Shown here: positions 51,477-60,930 of the stretch, piece after piece
How the letters are laid out: the number at the start of each line of letters is the position of its first letter
How positions within the stretch are numbered: the stretch's first letter is position 1
Source: Polyangia bacterium
Lineage (GTDB): Bacteria > Myxococcota_A > Polyangia > JAAYKL01
DNA: 64,000 nt
Direction: 5' to 3'
Assembly: GCA_050287845.1 (NCBI GenBank)
Contig: JBNKCR010000098.1
Location: 64,001 to 128,000, forward strand
Notes under the pieces: generated by a model
Databases searched by the model: none
Seen by the model: only the letters and a program-made list of their open reading frames with translations
What the model was told of the DNA's origin: nothing
Translations under genes and position numbers: made by a program

Positions 51477-52385
51477 CTAACAATTTCGAAGGAAGCACCG
51501 ATCCGGGAGCGCCAGTTGCTGTCGGCGCATCCCGGTATCGAGGATAAACTGTTTGGTTCTGGGGTCCCGGTAGCCGCTGACCGGCGAGGCATCTGGCGCC
51601 AGCAACTGGTTGAGCTCGGCCATCTGCAACTCGCGCAGATACTTGCCAATCATGGACGCCACCGCCACTGGCAGGTGGAGACTGTCGCCATCTTTAATGA
51701 ATCGAATTTCGGTATCTTCACCAAGTTGATACCGACTTTCATTTCGTTCCTCCTGGCGTATCACGACGTTCACTTTTCCAGAACTTTCAAACCAGGGCAG
51801 ATAGCAGCGGGTGCCGCCGACCTTGCCACACAGGGCAAGGATAGATTCATCAGGAAACCGAACACGGATGCGATCGACTAACTGCAACATCATATCAAAA
51901 TCAAACTGAAGCTTGTTTCGGCCCGATGGGGATACGGTCTCATTGAAATGTCCGGGACAGCTTATCACTGCGGTGCAGCACAATGGTTCAATGGCGGCCG
52001 TACTGAATCTCTCCCATATCTGCGATGTCATCGCGCTATCCCGCCCGCCAAAACAGGGGATAGGGAGGGAATCCGGCAGTCGGCAACCGAATGTTAATTC
52101 GAACGGGCAGGGCGATTGGGTTGTCGGATCGATGCCGCGATACAGTGTTTCAGCGGTTTGCGGATGGGTCCGCAGCAAATGCATCCATTGGAGCACTGCG
52201 GTTTCAGCGACCGCTTTCTTGCGGCTTTTAAACACGATTTTTGAGTCATCCGCGGGGAGTTCGGCATCGCTGAGCTGCCAGAATGCATCCGCCGAATACA
52301 ACGCTGTCCGGAAGGCGGTAGCAGTGACAATCATGGGTCCCAGTACCGGTCCAAGTCCGTTTTCGTCGATGCCCACCACTATCAT
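51477..52385 (-). CDS. Divergent RNase HII-fold protein
   Basis: GIDENGLGPVLGPM, DDSK, KDGDSLHLPVAVASMIGKYLRE, SGY.DP.T. Confidence 0.72.
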   Translation of the reverse strand: MIVVGIDENGLGPVLGPMIVTATAFRTALYSADAFWQLSDAELPADDSKIVFKSRKKAVAETAVLQWMHLLRTHPQTAETLYRGIDPTTQSPCPFELTFGCRLPDSLPIPCFGGRDSAMTSQIWERFSTAAIEPLCCTAVISCPGHFNETVSPSGRNKLQFDFDMMLQLVDRIRVRFPDESILALCGKVGGTRCYLPWFESSGKVNVVIRQEERNESRYQLGEDTEIRFIKDGDSLHLPVAVASMIGKYLRELQMAELNQLLAPDASPVSGYRDPRTKQFILDTGMRRQQLALPDRCFLRNC

Positions 52386-53134
52386 GGTGTCGCTGCCCTT
52401 GGTTGCTTTTTAAAGTGGACGAACACTTCCCGGTTTCCCTTGGGGCCGCTAATCACCGCTTCGGCCCTGGACACAGTTTCGAGACCCAGCGCCTCGGCAC
52501 ACGCAACCACTTTCTGAACTGCATCCATGCGGTCGACATCGTCACGGACGACGCCGCCTTTGCCCACTTTGTCTTTTCCCACCTCGAACTGGGGCTTCAC
52601 CATGGCAAGGATTTCAGCAGTGTCACTCAGCGAGCTCACCACCGCTTCGAGAAGTTTGGTGATGGATATGAACGACACATCAATGACCGCGAAATCCGGG
52701 AGCGGATCGAACATGTTTGCCTCGATATCTCTGGCATTGGTCTGTTCAAGGCTCACCACCCTGTGGTCGGTACGAAGACGGTAATCGAGCTGATTGGTTC
52801 CCACATCTACAGCGTATGATTTTACGGCGCCTTGCTGAAGACAGCAGTCGGTGAATCCGCCGGTGGACGCACCGATATCCAGGATGATTCTGCCCACCAC
52901 GTCAATGTGCAGCAACTCCAGGGCACCCGCCATCTTGAGTCCGCCCCGGGATACATATGGATTCTGTTCTCCCCGGATGCGGATGTCGGCATCCTCGGAG
53001 ACCATGGTTCCCGCTTTGGTGACTGCGGTATCGTTCACCAGCACCTGTCCCGCCATCAGCAGGGCCTGCGCTCTCTGTCGGGTGGGGGCAAGCTGACGTT
53101 CGACAACCAGTTTGTCAATTCGCTGTCTGGGCAT
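52382..53134 (-). CDS. tlyA: TlyA family rRNA 2'-O-methyltransferase
   Basis: S4-like N-terminus, YVSRGGLK, LDIGASTGGFTD, DVSFIS, VKPQFE, GPKGNRE. Confidence 0.95.
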   Translation of the reverse strand: MPRQRIDKLVVERQLAPTRQRAQALLMAGQVLVNDTAVTKAGTMVSEDADIRIRGEQNPYVSRGGLKMAGALELLHIDVVGRIILDIGASTGGFTDCCLQQGAVKSYAVDVGTNQLDYRLRTDHRVVSLEQTNARDIEANMFDPLPDFAVIDVSFISITKLLEAVVSSLSDTAEILAMVKPQFEVGKDKVGKGGVVRDDVDRMDAVQKVVACAEALGLETVSRAEAVISGPKGNREVFVHFKKQPRAATP

Positions 53135-53181
53135 ATATGCTGTCTCAGATTGTTTGGCTGTGTTCGTTCCCGAACACCGTT

Positions 53182-53910
53182 TCAGTTGGAAGGATATCGC
53201 CCATACACTATCCCTATGTCAATGAATCCCGCATATAATTGTCCTGCCAGATATTCTGCATCCACCGGGTCGTGGGGCTGTGCAATCTTTACAAAACTGT
53301 TGAGGGGCGCACTGTTGTATGTGCGAACCATTGGACCTTCCGGCGTGATGTACACTTTTCGCAACCGACCTTCCGTCCGTGTAATGGCGATACAGGTGTG
53401 TCGTCCGGTTTCGATGATGACGCCAACACCGGTGTACCAGTCATCTGACTGGCCGTTCCGGTTACGGTCCACCTGATTATGAAACAGAATCAGGTCCCCG
53501 GGCTGCGGTGTGTCCGTGGACCGATAGGCATGGAGCCGATTTGCCTCTTTTACAAGGGCGGGAACATTGCTGATGCCGGCAAAGCATTTGCTGCAACCGG
53601 CTCGGTCGAAAATGCGGACAATATCCACTGCACCGTAATGGTCGGCGGATTCACTCTCGCGGTACAGTTGGAGTGAGGCAGCGACAATGGTCGCTCGGAA
53701 CGCGTCAACTGAATCTGCGGCATCATCGCTGGCGGCTCTCTTTTTCGTGGTTCCTGCGGATAAACGGGAGCCATGTGAGGCGGTGTACAATGGTTGCCAA
53801 CTGGTTCGAAAGAAGGCACCATGATGGGGGGAGGCAGGTGTGGAGGTAGCGCAGCCACTGAAGGCGCCCCACAGGAGGCAGGTTATTGCGAGGTGAAAAT
53901 ACGGTTTCAT
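53182..53910 (-). CDS. Lipoprotein with degenerate NlpC/P60-like domain
   Basis: Lipobox FSGC; PQPGDLILF...DRNRNG...GVGVI. Confidence 0.6.
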   Translation of the reverse strand: MKPYFHLAITCLLWGAFSGCATSTPASPHHGAFFRTSWQPLYTASHGSRLSAGTTKKRAASDDAADSVDAFRATIVAASLQLYRESESADHYGAVDIVRIFDRAGCSKCFAGISNVPALVKEANRLHAYRSTDTPQPGDLILFHNQVDRNRNGQSDDWYTGVGVIIETGRHTCIAITRTEGRLRKVYITPEGPMVRTYNSAPLNSFVKIAQPHDPVDAEYLAGQLYAGFIDIGIVYGRYPSN

Positions 53911-53919
53911 GGGAGCATG

Positions 53920-54657
53920 TTACCTTGGGATGATCCCGGAAACCAATTTTCGGAACTGCCAGACAAAAGAAATCCGGAAAAGTAAATTCACTGAACGGTC
54001 GTACTGGGCATTGTCGCTGAGTTGAATGTTGATTCGCGCAGTGAATCCCGTCCACAGATAGGGCGTAATTTTGTAGTCAGCGGATCCGGAGATGTAGATG
54101 TGGTTGTCCACTACCGTCAGGCCGTAGTTCTCCGACATGGCGCCTGTTCGCACCCGTGCGTATCCGAGGCTGAAGCTGGGCATGAGGCGAAAACTGTCCA
54201 GAACATACAGGACGCCCAATGCGTACTGCTGCTGTTGGGGACGGATGACTCTCGGCAGTTCGATGGTATCGGTTTCCACTACCGGCTCCGGTTCGATTCC
54301 GGGCAATGTTTCTTCCGGAATGGTCTCCTGTTCGTTGCCGATAATCGGGGTGTAGTCCGAAAGGTTCGAGCCATGAAACATTGCCTCCACGCCGATGGTG
54401 TTGGTAATCCCGTAAAAAACCCGGATACCACCCGTGATGCCGGTGACATATTCCGGTGAATACAGATTGCTGGGTTGCAACCGGGTCAAGCCGAAATCGC
54501 CACTGATTCCCAGCAGGCCTTTGTACTTCACGTACTCATCGGCAGAGCCGGTCTGAGGCCGAAGTATCACGAGTATCACAACAGTAAATATAATTAAAAG
54601 ACATGATGGATGCTGCCAGAAGTATAAATTCAATTTTTTGTCAAAAATACAATACAT
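53920..54657 (-). CDS. Small outer-membrane beta-barrel protein
   Basis: N-terminal hydrophobic segment, alternating strands (GIRVFYGIT, LGVLYVLD, PSFSLG, SADYKIT); start uncertain. Confidence 0.6.
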   Translation of the reverse strand: MYCIFDKKLNLYFWQHPSCLLIIFTVVILVILRPQTGSADEYVKYKGLLGISGDFGLTRLQPSNLYSPEYVTGITGGIRVFYGITNTIGVEAMFHGSNLSDYTPIIGNEQETIPEETLPGIEPEPVVETDTIELPRVIRPQQQQYALGVLYVLDSFRLMPSFSLGYARVRTGAMSENYGLTVVDNHIYISGSADYKITPYLWTGFTARINIQLSDNAQYDRSVNLLFRISFVWQFRKLVSGIIPR

Positions 54658-54874
54658 AAATGCTGTTTATACTGGAACAGGAGTCTCGGTTGTGGTGATT
54701 CTGTTAAGTTACTCTCTCAGTATACTCACCGCCTAATAATCCATTCTTTTCTAATTGTTTATACGCTGAGATGCCTTGACAAGGAAGGTTAATTGTCAGT
54801 AATCTTTGGCCGGCCAACAGGCCGTTTGGCCCTTAGCCGAGATATCGGGCTATTTAAAGCTTGGGAGGAATACG

Positions 54875-56326
54875 TTGAGCGACGACCAGAAAAACTTAGG
54901 ACAAAGAAGCGCACCTCCAGCAGGTGCTCCACAACAACCAACCAGCACATTTCCAGCAGCTGGCGGATTACCCGGACTCGCTTCCAGACCGCCAGCCGGT
55001 GGATTGCCCGGACTCGGTTCCAAACCCGCTGGCGGTGGACTTCCCGGACTGGGCTCCATTCCAGCACCAGCCGGTGGGCTTCCCGGACTGGCTTCAAAAC
55101 CGGCTCCGGCGGGCGGACTTCCTGGATTGGGTCAGAGACCCGCAGCAGGCGGGCTTCCCGGAATGGGACAGCGACCTGCGGGGGGAGGACTTCCCGGAGT
55201 TAGTCAACCCGGCGGTAGCGTCCTCCCTGGTGGTACTGGCGGTGGGGTTCCGGATTTTATCAAAAAGCAGCAGGACGCTGAGCGCCAACAGGAAATCGCT
55301 CGTGATCCGTTTGCCGGCGGTGGCGGTCCGGCACCGGGTTCGTACAGCGTGCCTGCAGAGCACATGGCCGGGTCAACCGAAGGCCTGGGCGATATCGCTC
55401 CGGTTCGGTCCAGCAAAGCCATCCTCGTGATGGGACTTATTCTGGGGGTTGTTTTTTTTGGATTGGGATATGGCGCAGGTCTGGCCGTGAATCAGCGCGG
55501 TATGCTGAACAAGGTGTTGCGCGATGCGTGGATCATTCAGTATGAGATGAAAAATTTAAGAGATCTCCACGGAGAGATTCAGGCTTCTGTCAACACAGCG
55601 CTTGCAGATGCAAAACAGAAGAAATTCAACAAGGCTCATGTGGCGTTGCTGGCACAGAAAGTCAAGGGCAACCCGTTTGATGCCCGTCTGTTTACTGAGA
55701 GAAATTATAAGACCCTCAATCCACTGGTGGTACAGATGATGGCCAATCTGTATCGGAATTGGGATAAGTTGGCAACGCTGGTGGCCGAACACCGCGCGGC
55801 CACAAATAACGACGAGCCGGCGCTTGCTACTGCCGGTGAAGAGTTCAATAAACTGCTCGCAACCAATTATGGGGTTATCTTCAGCCGGGATAAAAACAAT
55901 AACGGCGCATTGACAGGAAACATCGTCATTCTTGGTGCCGTTGAAGGCGAAGATATTCAGATTCAGGCCAAACCCGGCTCATATAGTGACAAACGAAAAC
56001 TGTACAATCCCCAGGGGGCTGATGACAAGCTGAGCACCGAACCCGATTTGTATGTGATTCCGGTGGGGGCCGAATCCAAGAAGACTGTTCTTCAGAACGC
56101 CACCCAGTCTCAGTTCAATGCATATACAGCCAGATTGGATGAAATGGCGAAGTTGCTCAAGATTATGGAAGAAGAGCAGCAGAACATGTTCGGACCGCTC
56201 AATGACAATTGCTCCCGTGAGCCGGTTTCACCATTCACTGCCCGCGGCGTGGATCCCGACGAAGAATTCCAGGAATACAAAGCCAACAAATCTAAAGGTG
56301 GCGGCGGCGAAGCAGCAGCTGAATAG
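54875..56326 (+). CDS. Single-pass membrane protein with N-terminal GGLPG[LMV] repeats
   Basis: TTG start after GGGAGGA; Gly/Pro-rich N-terminus; one TM (ILVMGLILGVVFFGLGYGAGL); helical C-terminal domain. Confidence 0.8.
   Translation: MSDDQKNLGQRSAPPAGAPQQPTSTFPAAGGLPGLASRPPAGGLPGLGSKPAGGGLPGLGSIPAPAGGLPGLASKPAPAGGLPGLGQRPAAGGLPGMGQRPAGGGLPGVSQPGGSVLPGGTGGGVPDFIKKQQDAERQQEIARDPFAGGGGPAPGSYSVPAEHMAGSTEGLGDIAPVRSSKAILVMGLILGVVFFGLGYGAGLAVNQRGMLNKVLRDAWIIQYEMKNLRDLHGEIQASVNTALADAKQKKFNKAHVALLAQKVKGNPFDARLFTERNYKTLNPLVVQMMANLYRNWDKLATLVAEHRAATNNDEPALATAGEEFNKLLATNYGVIFSRDKNNNGALTGNIVILGAVEGEDIQIQAKPGSYSDKRKLYNPQGADDKLSTEPDLYVIPVGAESKKTVLQNATQSQFNAYTARLDEMAKLLKIMEEEQQNMFGPLNDNCSREPVSPFTARGVDPDEEFQEYKANKSKGGGGEAAAE
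54962..55201 (+). repeat. Seven 12-13 aa GGLPG[LMV] repeats (36-39 bp units)
   Basis: Recurring GGxGGA(C/T)TxCCxGGA core. Confidence 0.9.
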
Positions 56327-56842
56327 CTAGTCTCCCCCCTGCGTATTCCCTGCCTTTCCCTTTTTTCACACATTCGTCTGGTGTTCAGTATTTAACGTTG
56401 CTGAATGGCAATGGAACGTGTCCTTGCGGAACTGTCTCCTGATCAGTTTCCCATTGCCAACACTTGTTATTCATTGAGTGTTCTGAAAAACATTGGGAAG
56501 GGGTTTATCCCAGATGTATCCCTGGCTGTATGTCTGCTGCTCCCTGTCTGGAAAATATGTGGATGAGAGCTACAGGCCCGTTTTAAAGAATAAAGAAGCG
56601 CCTGAGACAGGACTGAAAAACAGCGTTCACCTGGTGGTGTTGAAAACATTATCTCAATCATTCGCCCACTCAAAGGTCAGATGACACCAGGGGACATTGA
56701 AAACAGAACACACTTGAAAGCGGGTATAAATCCCGCAGCTGCAATGGCGCTCATTGTCTGAATGATGAAGAATCCGGGGAAGATGGATGGGCAAACGCCC
56801 AGGGATAGAGAGTCGACCCGTGTTGTTTGGCTTGCCTATGCT

Positions 56843-58729
56843 CTACTTGACGCCTTTCTGGTCGGAAAGTGCACAACCCAGCTTAATGCCGGTTTTCTGC
56901 CCGTTCAGAACGACTACTTTAAACTCAACGCGGCGGTTTTCTTCCCACGCTCGCTCGCTGCTTTCGGGATTGATGGGACAATACTCCCCATAGCCCTGTG
57001 ACTGCAGTTTGGCATCCGGCACACCCTTGTTGAGCAGATACTTTCGAACGGACCGTGCGCGTCTCTTGGTCAGCTTCAGATTGTAGCTATCCTTGCCGCG
57101 TTCGTCCGCATGTCCCTGAATTTCGATTCTGCCGATTTGCGGGTTGTTTTTAATGGTTGCAGCCACTTCATTGAGAATCTGATAGGATACCGGTTTGATT
57201 TTTGCCGAGTTATATTCAAAATAGATTTTCTTCAGAATCTGAATTTCACCGTTGGTGACAATGACGTCGCCTTCGTCGGGACATCCATCTTCATCGTCTC
57301 GACCGTTGTATGTCTCGGGTTCGTCAGGGCATTGGTCCTCAACATCCACAATCCGGTCCATATCACGGTCATTGGTCTGAGAGGCATTGGCTGCGCCCAC
57401 ATATTCATTGGACTCCGGACAGCCGTCCGTGTCTCGATCACCATCCTTGTCTTCTGGTACGAGAGGGCACTGATCGAATTTGTCTTTAATTCCATCGCCG
57501 TCCATATCGTTTTCCGGACATCCGTCCTCGTCTTCGATGCCGTTTAAATCTTCCGGCTCATCCGGGCAGGCGTCCACCTTGTCGGGAATACCGTCACCAT
57601 CCCGATCCCGGTCCTCATCGCGAACCAGCAGATCCATGGACGGCTCATAGCAGAAGCCCAGGAACATGCGGTGCTCCATGTTCTGAAATCCATATCCCGA
57701 TTGAGTGTCGGACGCTGGAATACCGTGGGCGTAACCGGCCATGAGATATGAGCTTTCCTCAATGAAAAACTTCAGACCCACTGATGCTTCGAGGGACAGG
57801 TATTTGGAATTACCCGATTCGGAAAGCAATTGGTTGCCGTAAAATTCGAGTACGAGGTCCATGAGCTCCGGGAAAATCCGGAAGCTGTTACCCACCCCGA
57901 ACGATACCATCGAACCATACTTGAAGAGTGGTCGGGGATCGTTTTGCTGACACAATGTGCCGCAGTCATTCAAGTGATCTTCCTGATTCCGGGTCCAACT
58001 GAGATAGTTGGTTTCCTGAAATCCAAGGGGGAATCGAAGTCCGATGTTAAATCCGATGCGATACCAGGAAAATGGTTCCGCATCGAGAATACCTTTGAGT
58101 ACAAAAGCACCGCCACCGGGTTCACCGGTAAGAATCTCGGATTTTCCGGAGGGAATGATGTACTGGGCGATGACTGCCAGCCCGATGGGGTGCCAGTCGG
58201 ACCGCAGGAGAGCCGCTTTTACGTGCAGCGAAATATCACCAAAAGTCCCTTTGTTGGACCAGTGGCTCTGTACTTCGTAGTCCTCTGCATCGAATTTGTA
58301 AAACTCGCCGAAAGGCACCAGAAGCGGAATCTGGATACCCACTGCCAACCGGTTGAAGAGACCAAAGTTGGCCTGGAAACGCGCAGTCACCATCCGTTGC
58401 AGGGTGATATGGTTGTAACCATCGATATAGAGGGTTTCCAGGTCCGGTGTATTGTCCCGGTCAATCTCTTCGATTTCCACATCATTCTGCTCAACGGCTA
58501 CCCACGAATTGAATCCCAAATCCAGTTGGAGTCCCAACGAAAATCGGAGGTGTGGCAATACGGGACTTCCATCAATGGTGATGTGCCCCTTCGTGTCGAT
58601 GGCCGGGTCAAACAGGGACTGCACCATCCCGCTACCATCTTTGACCAGCTTGTTGCTCTGGGCGAAAAGAATCCCGGGAATCAGGAGTGCCAATACAAGA
58701 ACTGTTATACTACGGAACATTTTCGGCAT
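56843..58729 (-). CDS. OmpA-family protein with beta-barrel, thrombospondin type-3 repeats and OmpA C-domain (TraB-like)
   Basis: Signal peptide; FDPAIDTKG barrel start; DRDGDGIPD..DACPDEPED...DGCP repeats; IYFEYNS, IQGHAD.RG...YN, NRRVEF. Confidence 0.88.
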   Translation of the reverse strand: MPKMFRSITVLVLALLIPGILFAQSNKLVKDGSGMVQSLFDPAIDTKGHITIDGSPVLPHLRFSLGLQLDLGFNSWVAVEQNDVEIEEIDRDNTPDLETLYIDGYNHITLQRMVTARFQANFGLFNRLAVGIQIPLLVPFGEFYKFDAEDYEVQSHWSNKGTFGDISLHVKAALLRSDWHPIGLAVIAQYIIPSGKSEILTGEPGGGAFVLKGILDAEPFSWYRIGFNIGLRFPLGFQETNYLSWTRNQEDHLNDCGTLCQQNDPRPLFKYGSMVSFGVGNSFRIFPELMDLVLEFYGNQLLSESGNSKYLSLEASVGLKFFIEESSYLMAGYAHGIPASDTQSGYGFQNMEHRMFLGFCYEPSMDLLVRDEDRDRDGDGIPDKVDACPDEPEDLNGIEDEDGCPENDMDGDGIKDKFDQCPLVPEDKDGDRDTDGCPESNEYVGAANASQTNDRDMDRIVDVEDQCPDEPETYNGRDDEDGCPDEGDVIVTNGEIQILKKIYFEYNSAKIKPVSYQILNEVAATIKNNPQIGRIEIQGHADERGKDSYNLKLTKRRARSVRKYLLNKGVPDAKLQSQGYGEYCPINPESSERAWEENRRVEFKVVVLNGQKTGIKLGCALSDQKGVK

Positions 58730-58873
58730 CAAAAATACCTTTCCAATTAAACGTTGGCAATTGAAAGTCTGCGCAATTTTAATCAAATCAGACTATTTTG
58801 ACAAATAAATTCAACGGGATTGTCAGGCTGAAAACCAATGAAATCGCGTGATTGACAGGCCTGTGGTAAAATT

Positions 58874-59230
58874 CTACATCAGTGCGTTTTTTACCAGCAT
58901 TTCCATGTCAGATTTGGCCACGCCAATGGCATCTGCAACGGTGTTCAACAGCAGCATTTCGGTTTTTGTGAGTTCGTTGTCGGCTGCGACGGCCATTACG
59001 AGTTCCACAATGAGCTCATTTTTAGACTCAAAGGAAGTAATTCCCTCCACCAGCGTTGCGGGATCGTCACCAATGTTGCGCTGCATCACTTCTTTTCGCT
59101 GGTCGTCGGACAGTTCGTATCTGTCCATCAGGGCGCCAATGAAACGGTGCTCATCATCGGTGATTTGTCCGTCAGCGAGAATTGCCTGGGCAACGGCAGT
59201 ACATATTTTAATTTTTTCTGATTCTTCCAT
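58874..59230 (-). CDS. TerB-family protein
   Basis: ILADGQITDDEHRFI and AVAADNELTKTE duplicated TerB motifs. Confidence 0.8.
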   Translation of the reverse strand: MEESEKIKICTAVAQAILADGQITDDEHRFIGALMDRYELSDDQRKEVMQRNIGDDPATLVEGITSFESKNELIVELVMAVAADNELTKTEMLLLNTVADAIGVAKSDMEMLVKNALM

Positions 59231-59591
59231 GGGCCTTTTCCTTTTTGCCTTGAAGTGTTTCCATTATCAGTTTGGGGGATGATCCTCGACTTCAGATTTA
59301 GGCCGAATTATGTTTTTTTGTCCAGCCAGAAAATGGTTGCCGGCTTGAATTGAGCGATGCAATTCGATTTATTCGCAGTGTTGCATAATATAGAAAAAAA
59401 CGTTGGCGCCTGCTTCCAGACGGACCCATGGTGATTTCTGTTTGATTGCTTTGTAATTTTCTGGATTTTTCAAAAATCTCCCGGTGCATTCCTTCTATCC
59501 AAATACAAATTCTGTTATAATATGTTAGCGTTAAGCTCAGACTCAATTTTGGGTAGTGTGTCCATGATGATGTGATTTCAAAGGAGCTTCT

Positions 59592-60887
59592 ATGTATTCA
59601 TTTCAGCGAATTGCTCTGACCGCAGTGGTGACGTTCTCTATGATTGGAGGGGCGTCCACTGCCCTGGCCCAGAAAGACTCTCCATACGGCGATACACCTG
59701 GGAACATTTCTGAATCCGATGCTGATTCTTCACAGACGCCGTCGGATGACAGTGCTATCGAAGATACGTCTGAACCGGCAGAAGACCCTCCGGCAGATTC
59801 GGGAGATGTGGCCGATGATGCGGGCCAGCCGCCATCCGGTGAGCCGGCAGTGGATGACGGGCACCCACCCTCTTTGTCCGAACCACTGACGGGGACCGAC
59901 GCATCGGCAACCGGGGGGGCGGTGACAACGGTTCCCCCGAGCCTGGCAGGGATTACAACGGTTCCGGCAAAGCCGCTCGACCCTGTACCGGGAGAGGGCG
60001 AGGGAGCGGATGCTGCGAGTCTGAACCAGGATACCGGTCCCCCAATCGATGATGGGAGCGCGGCATTGCTGCCCGCGGATACTGCCGCCACCGATACGGC
60101 GACGCACCCACCACCTCCCATGTCCGCTTACGCAGATGACGAGGAGCAGAGATTTGCCCCCATTTCGTTTTCGCCCCAGATTGGGTATGCGTATTTTCCT
60201 GAATCCGACTATGAGGTGAAAGGATTGAAATTCAGTGTGGATAATCGGAATTCATTTGTGCTCAAGCTGCACTTCGATCTGGGAGGTGATGGACTGGCTT
60301 TTGAATTGGTACCGTTGCTGGCCTATCAGAAGATTGGCGGCGACATTTCGAGTTTCGGCAGTGATTTAAGCAGCGGTGTTGCGGGAAGTCTGCTCGCCAT
60401 CGGCGGACAGTTCAATCTGATGGTTCGTGGGTCATGGGGAAGCTTTTTCCCGCATCTGGGCATTGGGTTTCACGGGTCGTATCTGTATGGTGACGGTATT
60501 GAGTACGGCGCTGATATTTACGGTCGCCTACCTGTTGGTTTCACATGGTACGTGGCAAAGCATCTCGGTGTTGTGGTGGAATTCGCGTTCATGCTCGGCG
60601 CGACGGGTATCCGGAAAAAGGCGCCGGATACAAACGAGCTGTATGATTCTTTGCAGTCCGAATATGGCATTTCTCAGGACGATGTGCAGAGTATCGACTG
60701 GGAAAATCAGGACTGGCAAAGCGCGGCCGGGCGTGAACAGATTGCTGCGGATTTGGGGATTACCGGCACCACGGACATGACGGCCGAAGAAACGGTGAAT
60801 CGCATGATTGAAGATCAGCTGTCGCGTCAAATCAAGTTTGGGGTTGGATACGCGTTTGAATTCATGGTCGGACTCAGATTTCCCTGA
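59592..60887 (+). CDS. Outer-membrane beta-barrel protein with acidic Pro-rich N-terminal region
   Basis: AAGGAG RBS, signal peptide ending ALA-Q, about 160-aa D/P/A-rich linker, beta-strands, C-terminal MVGLRFP. Confidence 0.75.
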   Translation: MYSFQRIALTAVVTFSMIGGASTALAQKDSPYGDTPGNISESDADSSQTPSDDSAIEDTSEPAEDPPADSGDVADDAGQPPSGEPAVDDGHPPSLSEPLTGTDASATGGAVTTVPPSLAGITTVPAKPLDPVPGEGEGADAASLNQDTGPPIDDGSAALLPADTAATDTATHPPPPMSAYADDEEQRFAPISFSPQIGYAYFPESDYEVKGLKFSVDNRNSFVLKLHFDLGGDGLAFELVPLLAYQKIGGDISSFGSDLSSGVAGSLLAIGGQFNLMVRGSWGSFFPHLGIGFHGSYLYGDGIEYGADIYGRLPVGFTWYVAKHLGVVVEFAFMLGATGIRKKAPDTNELYDSLQSEYGISQDDVQSIDWENQDWQSAAGREQIAADLGITGTTDMTAEETVNRMIEDQLSRQIKFGVGYAFEFMVGLRFP

Positions 60888-60930
60888 GAAAGAGTCCCGT
60901 CCACATGCTGCAGTCGATACCGGTTCTTTT

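Noticed and set aside
56483..56705. CTG(A/G)AAAA words spaced 65 bp apart (56483, 56548, 56613), suggestive of a degenerate CRISPR array
   Set aside because: Shared core is only about 9 nt, the flanks do not align into a repeat, the period breaks after three copies, and no cas genes are present.
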